A stretch of 64,000 nt of DNA from the human T2T-CHM13v2.0 reference genome, Homo sapiens, in the NCBI RefSeq assembly GCF_009914755.1, contig NC_060925.1, one strand, 5' to 3'. The notes under the pieces were generated by a model, which worked only from the letters and a program-made list of their open reading frames with translations, searched no databases and was not told where the DNA came from. Shown piece after piece: positions 29,501 through 41,399 of the stretch (position 1 is its first letter; each line of letters starts with the position of its first letter). Both the position numbers and the translations under genes were made by a program.

Positions 29501-29546
29501 ATGGCTCCACTGTGACTCAGCAGATGGCTCCACTGTGACTCAGCAG
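29501..29546. repeat. Perfect 23-bp tandem duplication carrying two GTGACTCAGCA (ARE/NF-E2/AP-1) motifs
   Basis: ATGGCTCCACTGTGACTCAGCAG at 29501-29523 and 29524-29546. Confidence 0.95.
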
Positions 29547-29788
29547 ATCTCCAGGATTTTCCTGTGTAGTTTCTGTTTTGGCTTTCATCTGGTGGGAACT
29601 GACTGCTACAGGACCGAGGCTTTTAAATCAAACCCAAATAACAAAATGTATTTAGAGCTGAAAAAGGTGGTGCCATCAGGCTGGGGTGGGGATGAGGAAG
29701 TGATTCATTACCCCAGTTGGAATGTAAATTCAATGAGTTTAATTACTAGTGGTGTCAAAAAAGGATTTTCACTGATAGCAATATTCTG

Positions 29789-31296
29789 TGTTTTTTTCTT
29801 AACTTTTATTTTAAGTTCAGGGGTGCATGTGCAGGTTTGTTGTATAGGTAAACTCGTGTGATAGGGGGTTTGTTGTACAGATTATTTCATCACCCAGGTA
29901 CTCAGCCTAGTAGCTATTAATTATTTTTCCTGATCCTATCCCTCCTCCCACCTTCCATCATCTGTTAGGCCCCAGTGTCTGGTGTTGCCCCCAGTGTGTT
30001 CTCCTCATTTAGCCTCCACTTATAAGTGAGAACGTGTGGTATTTGGTTTTCTGTTCCTGCATGAGTTTGCTGAGGATAATCGCTTCCAGTTCCACCCATG
30101 TTCCTGCAAAGAACATGATATCATTATTTTTTGTGGCTGTATAGTATTCCATGGTGTATATGTACCACATTTTCTTTATCCAATCTACCTTTGATGGGCA
30201 TTTAGGTTGATCCCATGTCTTTGCTATTGTGAACAGTGCTGCAATGGACATATTCATATGTGCATATGTTTTTATAATAGAATGATTTATATTTCTTTGG
30301 GTATATGCCCTAGCCAAGGCAATCCTAAGCAAAAACAACAAAGCAGGGGGCATCATGCTACCTAACTTCAAACTATACTACAGGGCTACAGTAAACAAAA
30401 CAACATGGTACTAGTACAAAAACAGACACATAGAAAAATGGAACAGAATAGAGGGCCCACAAATAAGCCTACATAGTTGCAACCATCTGATCTTCAACAA
30501 AGTGACAAAAACAAGCAATGGAGAAAAGACTCCCTATTCAATAAATAGTGCTGGGATAACTGACTAGCCATATGCGGAAGATTGAAACTGAACCCCTTCC
30601 TTATACCATATACAAAAATCAACTCAAGATGAATTAAATACTTAAATAGAAAACCCAGAACTATAAAAACCCTGAACAATACCATTCTGAACATAGGAAT
30701 GGGCAAAGATTTCATGACGAAGATGCCAAAAGCAATTGTAACAAAAGCAAAAATTGACAAATGGGATCTAATTAAACTAAAGAGCTTCTGCACAGCAAAA
30801 GAAACTGCTGAGCGAACAGACAACCTACAGAATGGGAGAAAATTTTAGGAAACTATGCATTGGACAAAGGCCTAATAACCAACATCTACAAGGAACTTAA
30901 ACTTACAGGAAGAAAACAAACAACCCCATAAAAAGTGGGCAAAGAACATGAACAGACACATTTCAAAAGAAGACATACATGCAGCTAGAAAGCCTACGAA
31001 AAAAGCTCAATATCACCGATCATTAGATAAATGCAAATCAAAACCACAATGAGATACCATCTTACATCAGTCAAAATGGCTATTATTAAAAAGTCAAAAA
31101 ATTACAGGTGCTGGTGAGGTTGTGGGAAAAAGGAACATGTATACACTGTTGGTGATGGTGGGAATGTAAATTAGTTCAACCATCGTGGAAAGCAGTGTGG
31201 CAATTCCTCAAAGAGCTAAAAACAGAACTACTATTTGACCCAGCAATCCCATTACTGGGTATATACCCAAAGGAATATAAATCGTTCTGTCATAAA
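29789..31296 (-). mobile_element. 5'-inverted L1 (approx. L1PA8-15): 3' end on minus (29789-30310), ORF2 segment on plus (30311-31296)
   Basis: Orientation switches at about 30310. TSD GATAGCAATATT at 29774-29785 and 31297-31308. Confidence 0.9.
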
Positions 31297-31824
31297 GATA
31301 GCAATATTGTTAAAGCTACTCACTGAAGATTAGCAAAACTGTTAATTCAAGCCAAGAGTCGTTACTCATAAAAATTTAAGTAGCTTTTACTTGCTGCATG
31401 TTGGAAAGGCCAAGACTCAAGAATCCAGACTTTTTGGGCAGAATAGGTCCAAACCCCACATACTAAAAAAAAGGTTGGTGGGGAGGGGACAAGTGTGAGG
31501 TAAAAGAGCATGTGGCACTCTGGACCTTTAGGATTAAAGAAAATAACCAACCCAGGGGTCTAGTGAGGAGTGCATTTGCCAGAGCTGCAAGCAGGATTAC
31601 TATGGTTTATACCAAAACCTCAAATACAGTACCTCCCTTCCTGGACTTTCATGGAAACTCCCTCTTATCATTCTTGGTCCTTGTTTTACTTATATACTTA
31701 CATTCAAAAAGATTTTAAGAAGCAGAGGTAATCATTTCCTCCCTCTTTTCGCATTTTTTCCTTGGATGACTAAGCTCTCATTCCACACCAAAGAGGATGT
31801 TTATTCCAAAGCTGCTTGTGGTAT

Positions 31825-31886
31825 AGGATAGGCTCCGAGACTATCCCACGTACACAGGATAGGCTCCAAGACTATCCCACATACAT
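31825..31886. repeat. 31-bp tandem duplication; each unit has an internal GGATAG-N9-CTATCC inverted repeat
   Basis: AGGATAGGCTCCGAGACTATCCCACGTACAC and AGGATAGGCTCCAAGACTATCCCACATACAT. Confidence 0.9.
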
Positions 31887-32399
31887 CTGTGCAAAGGGTA
31901 GCTCAGCTGACCAGTTGGCCAGGACAGGGCTACAGCTATCATTGGAAAACACTGAGAGGCATACCTATTCCATACAGCACTGAGAGGGGCCGTGGACAGC
32001 TGGGGACTGAGTCTTTCTGCTTCTCAGCCCAGATTATCATCAGCCTGGACTCTGAGCAATGCTGTGAGAGTGAGAATGCTAAAAACACCCAACACCTCTG
32101 CTGCTTTTATTCCTTTAGTATAAAGTCTAATCATCAACCGAGCGGAGGCTACATGTTGTGAATTCGTATCTAGGCACATATCTCTTCTGTTGCATCATAG
32201 TTAACTGCATCCAAAGAAGGGACTGTTACCTGTTACGCTCTGGAGGAGCAGATGTGGTTCCGGCCTCTCAGCTGAAACAAAAGTAAACCAGCTAATGACT
32301 AATACTGTCCACTTGCTTCCTTTGTTTCTCCCCATTCGGACCCTCATATCGGATACTCACTCATTTTATTCATCTTCTTAGCACTGTTTATGCTGGTTT

Positions 32400-33660
32400 T
32401 GCTTACTTCCCAGACTGCCAACTTCCCTCAGTTTCTGTTACAAATTAATCTAAATCCCATTTATCTTCCAAACTTATATGACTCCTAGTTTATGATGGGG
32501 TTTTGTTTATTTGTTTGCCTGTTTCTGCTGAATTTTTAAACATGTATTAATTTTTAAGGTAGTCAAACATTTTAATCTTTGTCTTTAGGTTTCTGGACTT
32601 TTAATTTTGTTTAGAAAGGTCATCTGTAAAATAAAATTAACCTTTATTTCCTTCTGCACCAGGAATTTATTTTGATATAAGGGGTGAGGTAGCCATCTAG
32701 CTTTTTTGTTTTTGATTTCTACAAATGGCTACCTAATTATACCAACATCATTTACTGATTCTAATACCACTTTTTATTTTATGCTAATTTCCCATGTATA
32801 TTTGGATATGTCTCCAAATTCTCAAGGCTATTCGGTAGATCTGTCTGCCTCTACCAGCACCAAATAGTTTTCATTATTCTGGCTAAATTCATTCTTTTAT
32901 GTCTTTGTTCAGTGTATTTATTGAGTGCCTACTGTATAACTGGCGTTCCTCTGTGTGCTGGTAATACGAGAGAGACATGATATATTGTAGTAGCTAGGAG
33001 TACCACTCATCCATCCCTCATTGTGTGGATTCTTCCTGTTGATCACTTTTTTTGTGTATTTTTATATAATTATTATTATTATCAGTTTGTCATATCATAG
33101 AAAATCTTCCTGGTATGTTTATCAGGATTGCTTTAACATTCTGCCTTAATATAGAGAGAATTGATATCATTTAAATATTGCATATTCCTATCCAAAAAGA
33201 AAACGGTTATTTTCCATTGTTTCCAGATTCCTTGTATCTTCCTGGGTAGAATTTAAAGCTTTCTTTAGATAGGTCCTGCATATTTTTTTGCTAAGCCTGT
33301 TTCTTTTTTTTTTAAATTTTATTATTATTATACTTTAAGTTTTAGGGTACGTGTGCACAACATGCAGGTTTGTTACATATGTATACATGTGCCATGTTGG
33401 TGTGCTGCACCCATTAACTTACCTGTTTTATTTTTTCATAAATGGTATCTTTTCCCCATTATAATTGTCATTTATTTTTGTATTGAAAACTACCAAACTG
33501 TATTAATCAGTTATTTAATCAGTAACTATGCTATTTTTTCTTGTCATTGGTAGTAATTTTAAATCAATTGCAAGTTTTATCAGATATATATATATATATC
33601 TACCTATTATCTGCAGATAATTATAATTTTACTTTCTCATTTATGATTTTTATATCTTTT
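32400..33660 (-). mobile_element. Ancient L1M (L1ME-like) ORF2 relic
   Basis: Degenerate antisense L1 ORF2 phrases (ttttgatataaggggtgaggta; gagagaattgatatcattta..tattg). Confidence 0.5.
33302..33419 (-). mobile_element. Very short (~115 bp) L1PA 3' terminus
   Basis: ttattatactttaagttttagggtac...gtgtgctgcacccattaact. Short flanking repeat CCTGTTT at about 33296 and 33422. Confidence 0.85.
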
Positions 33661-33984
33661 ATTCCTTTAAATGTAAAGGAATTTAAGCATTATCTTCTGT
33701 GGGGTAATGAGACAGAAACATAGACAAGTCTTATATTCTTATATCAACTACCCTGTTCTGCGACTTCGGCAAGTCACTCAAACTCTCTGGGCCTCCATAT
33801 CTTTATAGGCAGCACAAATATTAGATGATCTCTATGTTCTTACACAACTGCAATGTAAGTCTAATTTAAAAATCCTATTTGCCACCTTTCAATCACAATG
33901 ATTTTTAGGTTAAATCATTGTGGGTGAATTAGATAAGTAGTTGCTACTAATATTATTTCTAGTTTTTCAAAAAACTCAGTCTGG

Positions 33985-34290
33985 GGCCAGGCATGGTGGC
34001 CCATGCCTGTAATCTCAACACTTTGGGAGTCTGAGGAAGGAGGATTGCTTGAGCCCAGGAGTTTGAGACCAGCCTGGGCAACATGACAAAACACTGTCTC
34101 TACCAAAAATACAAAAATTAGCCAGGCATGACAGTGTGCATTTGTTGTCTCAGCTACTCAGGAGGCTCAGGTGGGAGGATTGCTTGAGCCCATGAGGTCA
34201 AGGCTGTAGTGAGCCAAGATCATGCCACTGCATTCCAGCCTGAGTGACAGAGTGATACTCTATCTCAAAAACTTATTAATAAAAAAAATA
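33985..34290 (+). mobile_element. AluJ
   Basis: Dimer with J-type ggaggattgcttgagccc in both arms. Confidence 0.88.
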
Positions 34291-34812
34291 AGTCTAGGAT
34301 GTTGGCCGGAGAGTGTAATATATTGTCACGTCCTTCAGCTTTCTCAATGCCCAGGCTTGAGGAAAGAGAAGGATGGCAGAACAATAAGAGAACAGGTTTA
34401 AAAGAGGGAAAAGACTATATCTATCTATCTATCTAAGTTGTAATAAAATAAAATTAAAAATCAAAGTAAAAGATGTGCCATTTTGTGAGCTGGCCAGTTT
34501 AAATATCCCATTAGAGAGAATTCTACAGGCTGTCTGACTCAGATTTTGCTCCCCAACAACTGAGAGTCAAGAGTTAAACACAGGTGTTCCAAATGTGCTT
34601 ACTGTCCTTGAACTTTATTGAAAATAAACTTGGTTTGAATAATTATTTAATGAATATAAAGACAGACCATCTGATTCTGTCCTTGAACCAAGTCACCACA
34701 TTATGCTTAGAAAGAACCATTATCCAATTATTGAAACCTTGATAATCTCATAAAACCTTACTGATGTGTAGAAGGCAGCAGCAGAGAGCATCTATTCAGG
34801 ACATCGTACAAC

Positions 34813-35554
34813 TGATGCAGGATTTTTCTTGGTCATTTTGTGCCAGCTGGGGACCTCCACTGCTGGCAACGTCCTCACCCGGGCCTCACTCAGCCCTGGG
34901 CCTCCCACATGCCACCTGAGCCATGCCTGGCTTGTGTGCCAGGCAGGACCCCATGCTATGGGATCCATGCTCAGCCTGCAGCTGGGCCAGGTGTGCCCCA
35001 GCCTACCTGTGTTACAGCTAGTACTCCTGTTTGGTGGTTCCCGAGTTTTTGTCCCATGTCCAAGAAGAATGAGGGTACACTGATAATTGAAGGGTGAGGA
35101 GGATGGAGAATAATTTTATTGAACAATGGAATAGCTCTCGGTGGAGAGGGGATGCAAGGATGGTCCCCTACCTGAAGTCAGGTGGTCTCTCCACCAGTGT
35201 GGCTGGGTCTGGGGATTTTGTGGGCTCAGAATCGGGGAGTGCATGCTGACTGGTTTGTGAGTATTCCAAAAAGGCTAAAACAAAGGCACCACTCAAAAGT
35301 GAGCATGACAGTGTAAAAAACCAATTAGGGAAGGGTAGATTTACATAAAGTAGGTGAAGGTTGAGGATCAATCAGAGGAAAGTGTGCCAAACAGGAAGAG
35401 AGATTTTTAATTCAGTCCTTGATTTATGCAGGACTTACAGCTTGGCTTTCAGGCTCTAAACTGTCTTTGATTTGAAGGTCATGTTTCACTGGGGACCCAC
35501 CCCTATCTACCTAGGCATTTGACTGGCTCATTTGACTGCCTTCTGCAGCTATCA
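34813..35554 (-). mobile_element. ERV1 solo LTR (LTR27/LTR28/LTR1 group)
   Basis: TG...CA termini (TGATGCAGGA ... GCTATCA), 742 bp, GC-rich. Near-perfect 4-bp TSD CAAC/CAAT. Confidence 0.75.
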
Positions 35555-38500
35555 CAATAAACTCTCTAAAAATCTTTGGTCATCTCTGTCTATCCCCCAA
35601 ATTTCACTCACAATAGTTACTAAAAATCAGCCATTCTTTCCAACCTTCTCTCCAGTGTCTTCAGAACCATGCTGTTCTCTGCTTGGCTCCTCCTTGCCAG
35701 CCTGACCCATCAGCCCCTTCATTGCCCTTTTCTAACAGCCTGTCCCAGAAGATGTGAAACTTCCCACCACTCTTGGAAAAAATGGAATTTCTCAAGAAGA
35801 GCAGCTCCCACCAAAATTGTAGCAAATAAATCCTTTCATCACTTCAAATTATTCTGCTTCTATTGCAGCCACACTTCTCAGGGCTTAATGATGAAACAAA
35901 TGAATTTCTACCTCATAGGAAGGAGTTATCAGAGACAGAAATGCTGTCAGCTATCAGAGGAAGGAGGAATTTCATTCAAATACCTACTCATGCTCCTTCC
36001 TTCCTGGTAGCACCAGAAAGTTTTTCAAAGTGGTATTATCATGGGTTATTTGTATAGAAATTACCCTGATCACATAAAAGCACTGCTTCTAAAGCTTCTC
36101 ATTGAGGCAAAGATACAGCTTTAGAACATAGCATTCTACTTATTGTTTTTTTTTTTTAACACATTGGTGAATCTCTTGGAAATCAATGCTACTTTTATGC
36201 AAATGAATATATGTTTGTCTTAACAAACATATGCAAAGCCTATTTTGAAATTCCTAGTAGAGGTCTCTGAATTCTGAATGAAAAATGTAGTTTATAAAAC
36301 TATTTGAACTTTTGGGCACTTAATTAACTGATTTATTCTCCTATCAGGAATTCATAACTAAAGATAAAATATTACAGAAGGGAGCCAATTTTGAATATTT
36401 GGATTATGTTATATGCCACTAGGAACAAGAAAAAAAAAGAATATTTTCTCCCAAAACTTCTTCAGATGAGGGTTTTCATCTGCAGAGCAGAAAGGATAAC
36501 TAAGCTGGAAAAAAAATAAGAATTAGTGAAGATTTGGGCTGGAGGAGATGAATTTGTTTGGATATTGAGCTCAACACTTACCTGCCCATCTTAGAGAAGC
36601 TGTTCCCTTTTTCTCTGAAGTTTGGTTTCTAAGGAACAAAGCTTCCTAAACAAGTAGCTCACCCCGCACTTCCCCAGTGAGAATGATTTTATTACAGGAA
36701 AGGATTTCAATTTTGTCATGCAGAGTTACCAGTCAAAGCAATGACCAATAAATAGTTTATTACTGCAAAACTAAAATGGAGGTGTTCAGAGGTGGAGCGG
36801 GGGATTACTGAGGACAAACTTGGCTATTCTCCCAGACACTTTGTTTATTCCCCAGATGAGGAGGATTGATTGAGCAAGTAAGAATCTGGTTTTACTCTAA
36901 ATACTGCTGTTCTTATATTAGCCAGTTTTAAAAATAGAATCACAGGAATTGAAAGGACTTTTAGAGTTTTTTTTTTTTCAGACATTCCCCTACTTCACAG
37001 GTGGCCTTTCCTAAACTCTTCCTTACGTGTATCCTGTTTGCCAAGATTCTGACAATCTATTTTAGAATCCAACACTGTCCAAGTGATGCAAAAAACTGCA
37101 TCAATGCCAACTCAAGTGCATTCAGTCCAATTCTGTGGTTTTTCTACCTCAGTGGCACAATGTGAGAGTTGTTAAATTAATATTTAGTCATAAATTATGA
37201 GTGTAAATCATGCCTTCAAATATCATCTAAGCCAGTTATTCCAACCAGAATTATATTCCAGACTGGTAAGATAATGGATTTCTAACATTGAGCCTGAGCA
37301 TATAGGGGAAGAAGAAAGGTTTTGCGAGAGAGAGTCGATATAACAACAGAAATTACCCAGAGGTCAGAAAATAGATCTTTAGACCACTGGTTTACATGTG
37401 CTGGATGGAGTCCTGGTGCCTGGAAAGCTGCACACTACATTGATTATCTGAGCAACTTGTTAAAAGTTCAGATTGCCAGGCTTCCCCTTTTCTTCCTTTG
37501 ATACTGATTCAGTAGGTCTGTGTGGCTAAAGTGCTGCCCTGATTACAAAATCTGTGCCAAACCAACATCCCCACCCCAGCCAATGTATAAAGACTTCTTG
37601 CATATCTGTCCAGCCTGTTCTGATGGTGACAACAGGGGTGGGGGAATTTTCATTACTTAAGGAAGAACTCACTCTTTTTCAAGCAATTATCACCAAATTC
37701 TTCCATGCAATAAGTTGAAATCTACCTCTCCTTTAACTTAGTCATTGGTTCAGTTCTATGTTGTACAACAACAGACAACACAGGTGTTACATCTCTAACA
37801 GGTTAACTCTTCAAATATGTCACCATTAGATGTGTCCCTCTCTAAAAAACCAAACCAAACCAAAACATGGTCGCTGAAATTTAGGTAAAGGGCCTGAAAG
37901 CACTAAACCCAGACTTTTAAGCCCCACACATTGATCCCTGCCCCAATTAAATAGCAACTCATAGTTTATTTTGAATTAACACTTCCTTGCTCACAATGAC
38001 CTTGAAAATGTGTTCCCCATCCCACCCTTACTATGAGATAAAGATTTGCTGGGAAGTCTCAGATGGTGCGTCCCACCCTCTTCTATGTTATAGTTTGAGA
38101 CTTGTCAAAGCTCTTGTGTATAATCAAGAGGAAACTTCCCCTGAGAGGTTTTGCATCTGTTAATGATACAAAATCAACATTATCCATATTCAGCCAGTGA
38201 AAGAAACCCAGGAGGAAATCTAAGAAAGGATAAAGACACTGCTTAGGGTGAGAGTTGGAGAAGGTGAGGCGCCTATTACATCCCTTTCAAAGAGAATTAT
38301 TCCATAGCTCCAAAATCTGGAGTGTGCTTTTCAATGCAATTTATATCTTCACAAATATTTAATCTACTCTCAGGGGATATTCTCAAGAGATTAGACATCA
38401 CTGAGTCAGAACTTAAAAATATCTTGTCTAAATTTACAAGCATCTAACCGAGTGCTGTCACTTTAAGGAAGTCACCTTTGGAGGCCATCCACTTAATTTA

Positions 38501-39780
38501 AGAAACTATTTTTTCTGAGAGCATATTATAGCCCTGTTCTTTGCTTTGTCTTTCTTTTTTGGGTTACTTCAGAGCCAGTTTATAAGAAAATGTTTATGTT
38601 GTTATTTCATAACTTAAATCTTGTTTTGGGCTAAAAGACACTCTTTCAGATTATTTTTCATATGGTTCATCAGTTTGGGCTCCATGACATTCAGCTACTT
38701 TCAATAATCACCTTTATAAAACAAAGATTTGCCATCTTTGGGGATATTCAAAATAACATTTCACAAATTTGTAGGCACTGCCTAGGTTCACTTTGTCTTC
38801 TCCACCCAACTCCTTGCCTGTCTTTCTGAGGTCTTCCCTGTACTCTGGCCATAGCACTCTCTTGGCCATGGCAGGTGGCATTTGCTAGGCTTAGGATACT
38901 TGTTTCCATTCTCTTACTCACCTGAATTTACTCACTTTTAGATTCTGGCCTAAAATATTACTTTCCAGAAGGGTTTTACCTTCTGGCTCCATCTTCCATC
39001 TTCCATCACCCATCACTGAATATTTACCTCATGTAAATATTTACTGAAAACATTTATATCACCACACATTTTATTAGCCCTCTAGCCTCACTGCTTTGGG
39101 TCTGAGTGGATGTTAGAGCCTCAGGAGACCCTTCATTCCTACAGAGCCTACTGGGGCCCAAGCTGAGTTACAAGCCTGGCCACTGTAGATTCTACCCAGG
39201 AATGAGCAGCACACACTTGTTTTTTATCCATACTTTTCCTTCTCCTCTCTCCTTTGCCTGACTCCTACCCCTTTCACATCTTGGCATGGATATGACTTCC
39301 TTAAAGACATTGACCTGCTCCCCCTCTACCCTGCCCTTTACTGAATGAAGTTCCCCACCCTATTATGTGTCCCCAAAGCACCTGTGCTAACTCTATCATG
39401 ACAGTTCTTAGATAGTATGGAAATTGTCTGTGTGGTTACCTGGTGGCTTGTTGCAACATTACAAATTAGCTCCTCAAAGACTGGAACTGTGTCTTGTCGA
39501 TATGTGAACCTCAGCTAGACACTTAGTAGCTGCTTGGTCAACGACAGCCGAACAAAAATCAAATAGAAAGTTGGATGGAAAGATGGATGGATGGATGGAT
39601 GGGTGGGTGAGTGGATGAGTCTAAAGAGAAGCTTGAAGGATTCTGGATGAACTGGATGCCTTGTTCCTTCATCTTTTGGATTTTTTCTTAGCTTTTTCTC
39701 AAAATGTTTACCTTGTGGATCTCTAGTCTAGTTCTGAAGTGGTGTTAATTGCTTTTATTTTTTTTTTTTATTTCCTTCAG

Positions 39781-39925
39781 GCTGGGAGACTCCCAAGGAA
39801 AACTGACTTAAAGTCCCTAATTTGAACTGGAAAAAGGACCCCATTGATGCAGTTAGTTTCTTCCCATTGATGCATTTAGTTTCTTACTCTTGAGACTGAA
39901 AGTTGACCTATTTTTCAGTTGGTAG
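39781..39925 (+). other. Candidate non-coding internal exon
   Basis: Long polypyrimidine tract and TTCAG|G acceptor at 39780/39781; TAG|GTAAGT donor at 39925/39926. Motif evidence only. Confidence 0.3.
39840..39885. repeat. 23-bp tandem duplication (1 mismatch)
   Basis: CCCATTGATGCAGTTAGTTTCTT and CCCATTGATGCATTTAGTTTCTT. Confidence 0.9.
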
Positions 39926-41399
39926 GTAAGTTGGGAAATTTTTAAAGCTTATGCAAACTTCACTCTTGGCATTATTGGCCTTGAAGAAATGTTACGAAGA
40001 CTTCTCTTTGGAAAGTGAGTTTGCTGGAAGTAGCAACACACTCCTGTGATAGAGACAAGTATAGAATATTCCTTCCACACCTGTATTGCCTTCTCCAGAA
40101 CTGCATTTTAACAATTCAATATTTTCTCATTGGCAAGCACTCTCTTGTTGGTTGTATTCATCTCAGGGAGTTACATTTTTCTCTTATGAGTTCGACATTC
40201 TTTCAACCGTGTTCTGCCAGTGAGTCATAGGGACCCAGTGCATTTCAGGAGCTATAGACCAGAAGTTGAGCATATTGTTCCAAATACTTGGATCTGCATT
40301 TTAATATTGTGACTAAGTGGGCTCAGGGCACATTTCAGCAGAAGGCACTTTTGCATTTTATTGTGGGCAACTTCCTACCACCTCCACCCAGAACAATGAA
40401 TGGAGTTGAGGTTTTCCCATTTATTCATATCTGGTATCTCTGTGCCAAAGTGACATCCACACAATGTTTTCTCATATTTAAACAACACTGGTCACTTAAT
40501 TACAGTTTAAAGTTAATTCAAGAGAAGGGCTATATACTAGTAGAAAAATAAGTTTTATCTGGATATTATAATTATGAGGCAATTAGTAATTTCTTGGTGG
40601 CTTTTTGGGATCAGTCTCACTACTTCTTAGTCTCACCTTAATCAGTCTCATTAGTTAATTCAGAAAATAATCAAACCTTAACATATGTTTTCACTTTTAC
40701 TTCTTAGCTGTGTTTTTGGAGCTAGGCAACATGGTACACTCAAAGAATGTAGAAGAATTAAATACCATAAGGTACCCGGTTGCATGATCTCATTACACCC
40801 TGTTCTTTGTCTTTATAGCAATGGCACAGTTGGATATTGTGTTTCTTGGTTTATTTACTTTAAATATCTCTCTCCCACTAAACCGTAAAGTCCAGGAGAC
40901 CCAAAGGTGTGTTTGTTTATCCAAAGTCTAAAACAGTGCCCTCCACATTGTGGGCTCCCCATAAATAATTGATAAACGAATAAAACAAATGATCAGTTAG
41001 CATCTACTTAACAGAAAGCAAGCCCATAGAGCGTCTTTTGAATATCTGCAATTGTTCCATTCCAGGATTGAAAGGAGGCCCACAGAGCTCTACATGCCTC
41101 TAGTGAGACCCTTCCCAGGCTCCCAAACTCATGTTTAATACTCCTCCAAAACTTACCACCACAAACTGCCTAAGGACTAAATGCAAGAAGGCGCTGTAGT
41201 CAGAATCGATCATCTGCCTTCACCTTGGAGTCTTTAGGGCATGCCCTCAGGTTATCCTGCCTCTCTTCTCCTCACACTGCTCGTTATATTTCCTACTTTG
41301 ACTCCATCTCCCATCTCTTCCCAGGCAGGTCCCCCAAACCCTTTCTCTGGTTTCTCTTCTTATGGTCAAGCCTCAACAATATCTCCAGTATACACAGCC

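Noticed and set aside
31825-31886. Hairpin-containing ~30-bp repeat resembling a CRISPR repeat
   Set aside because: There are only two adjacent copies, no spacers and no cas genes, in eukaryotic DNA.
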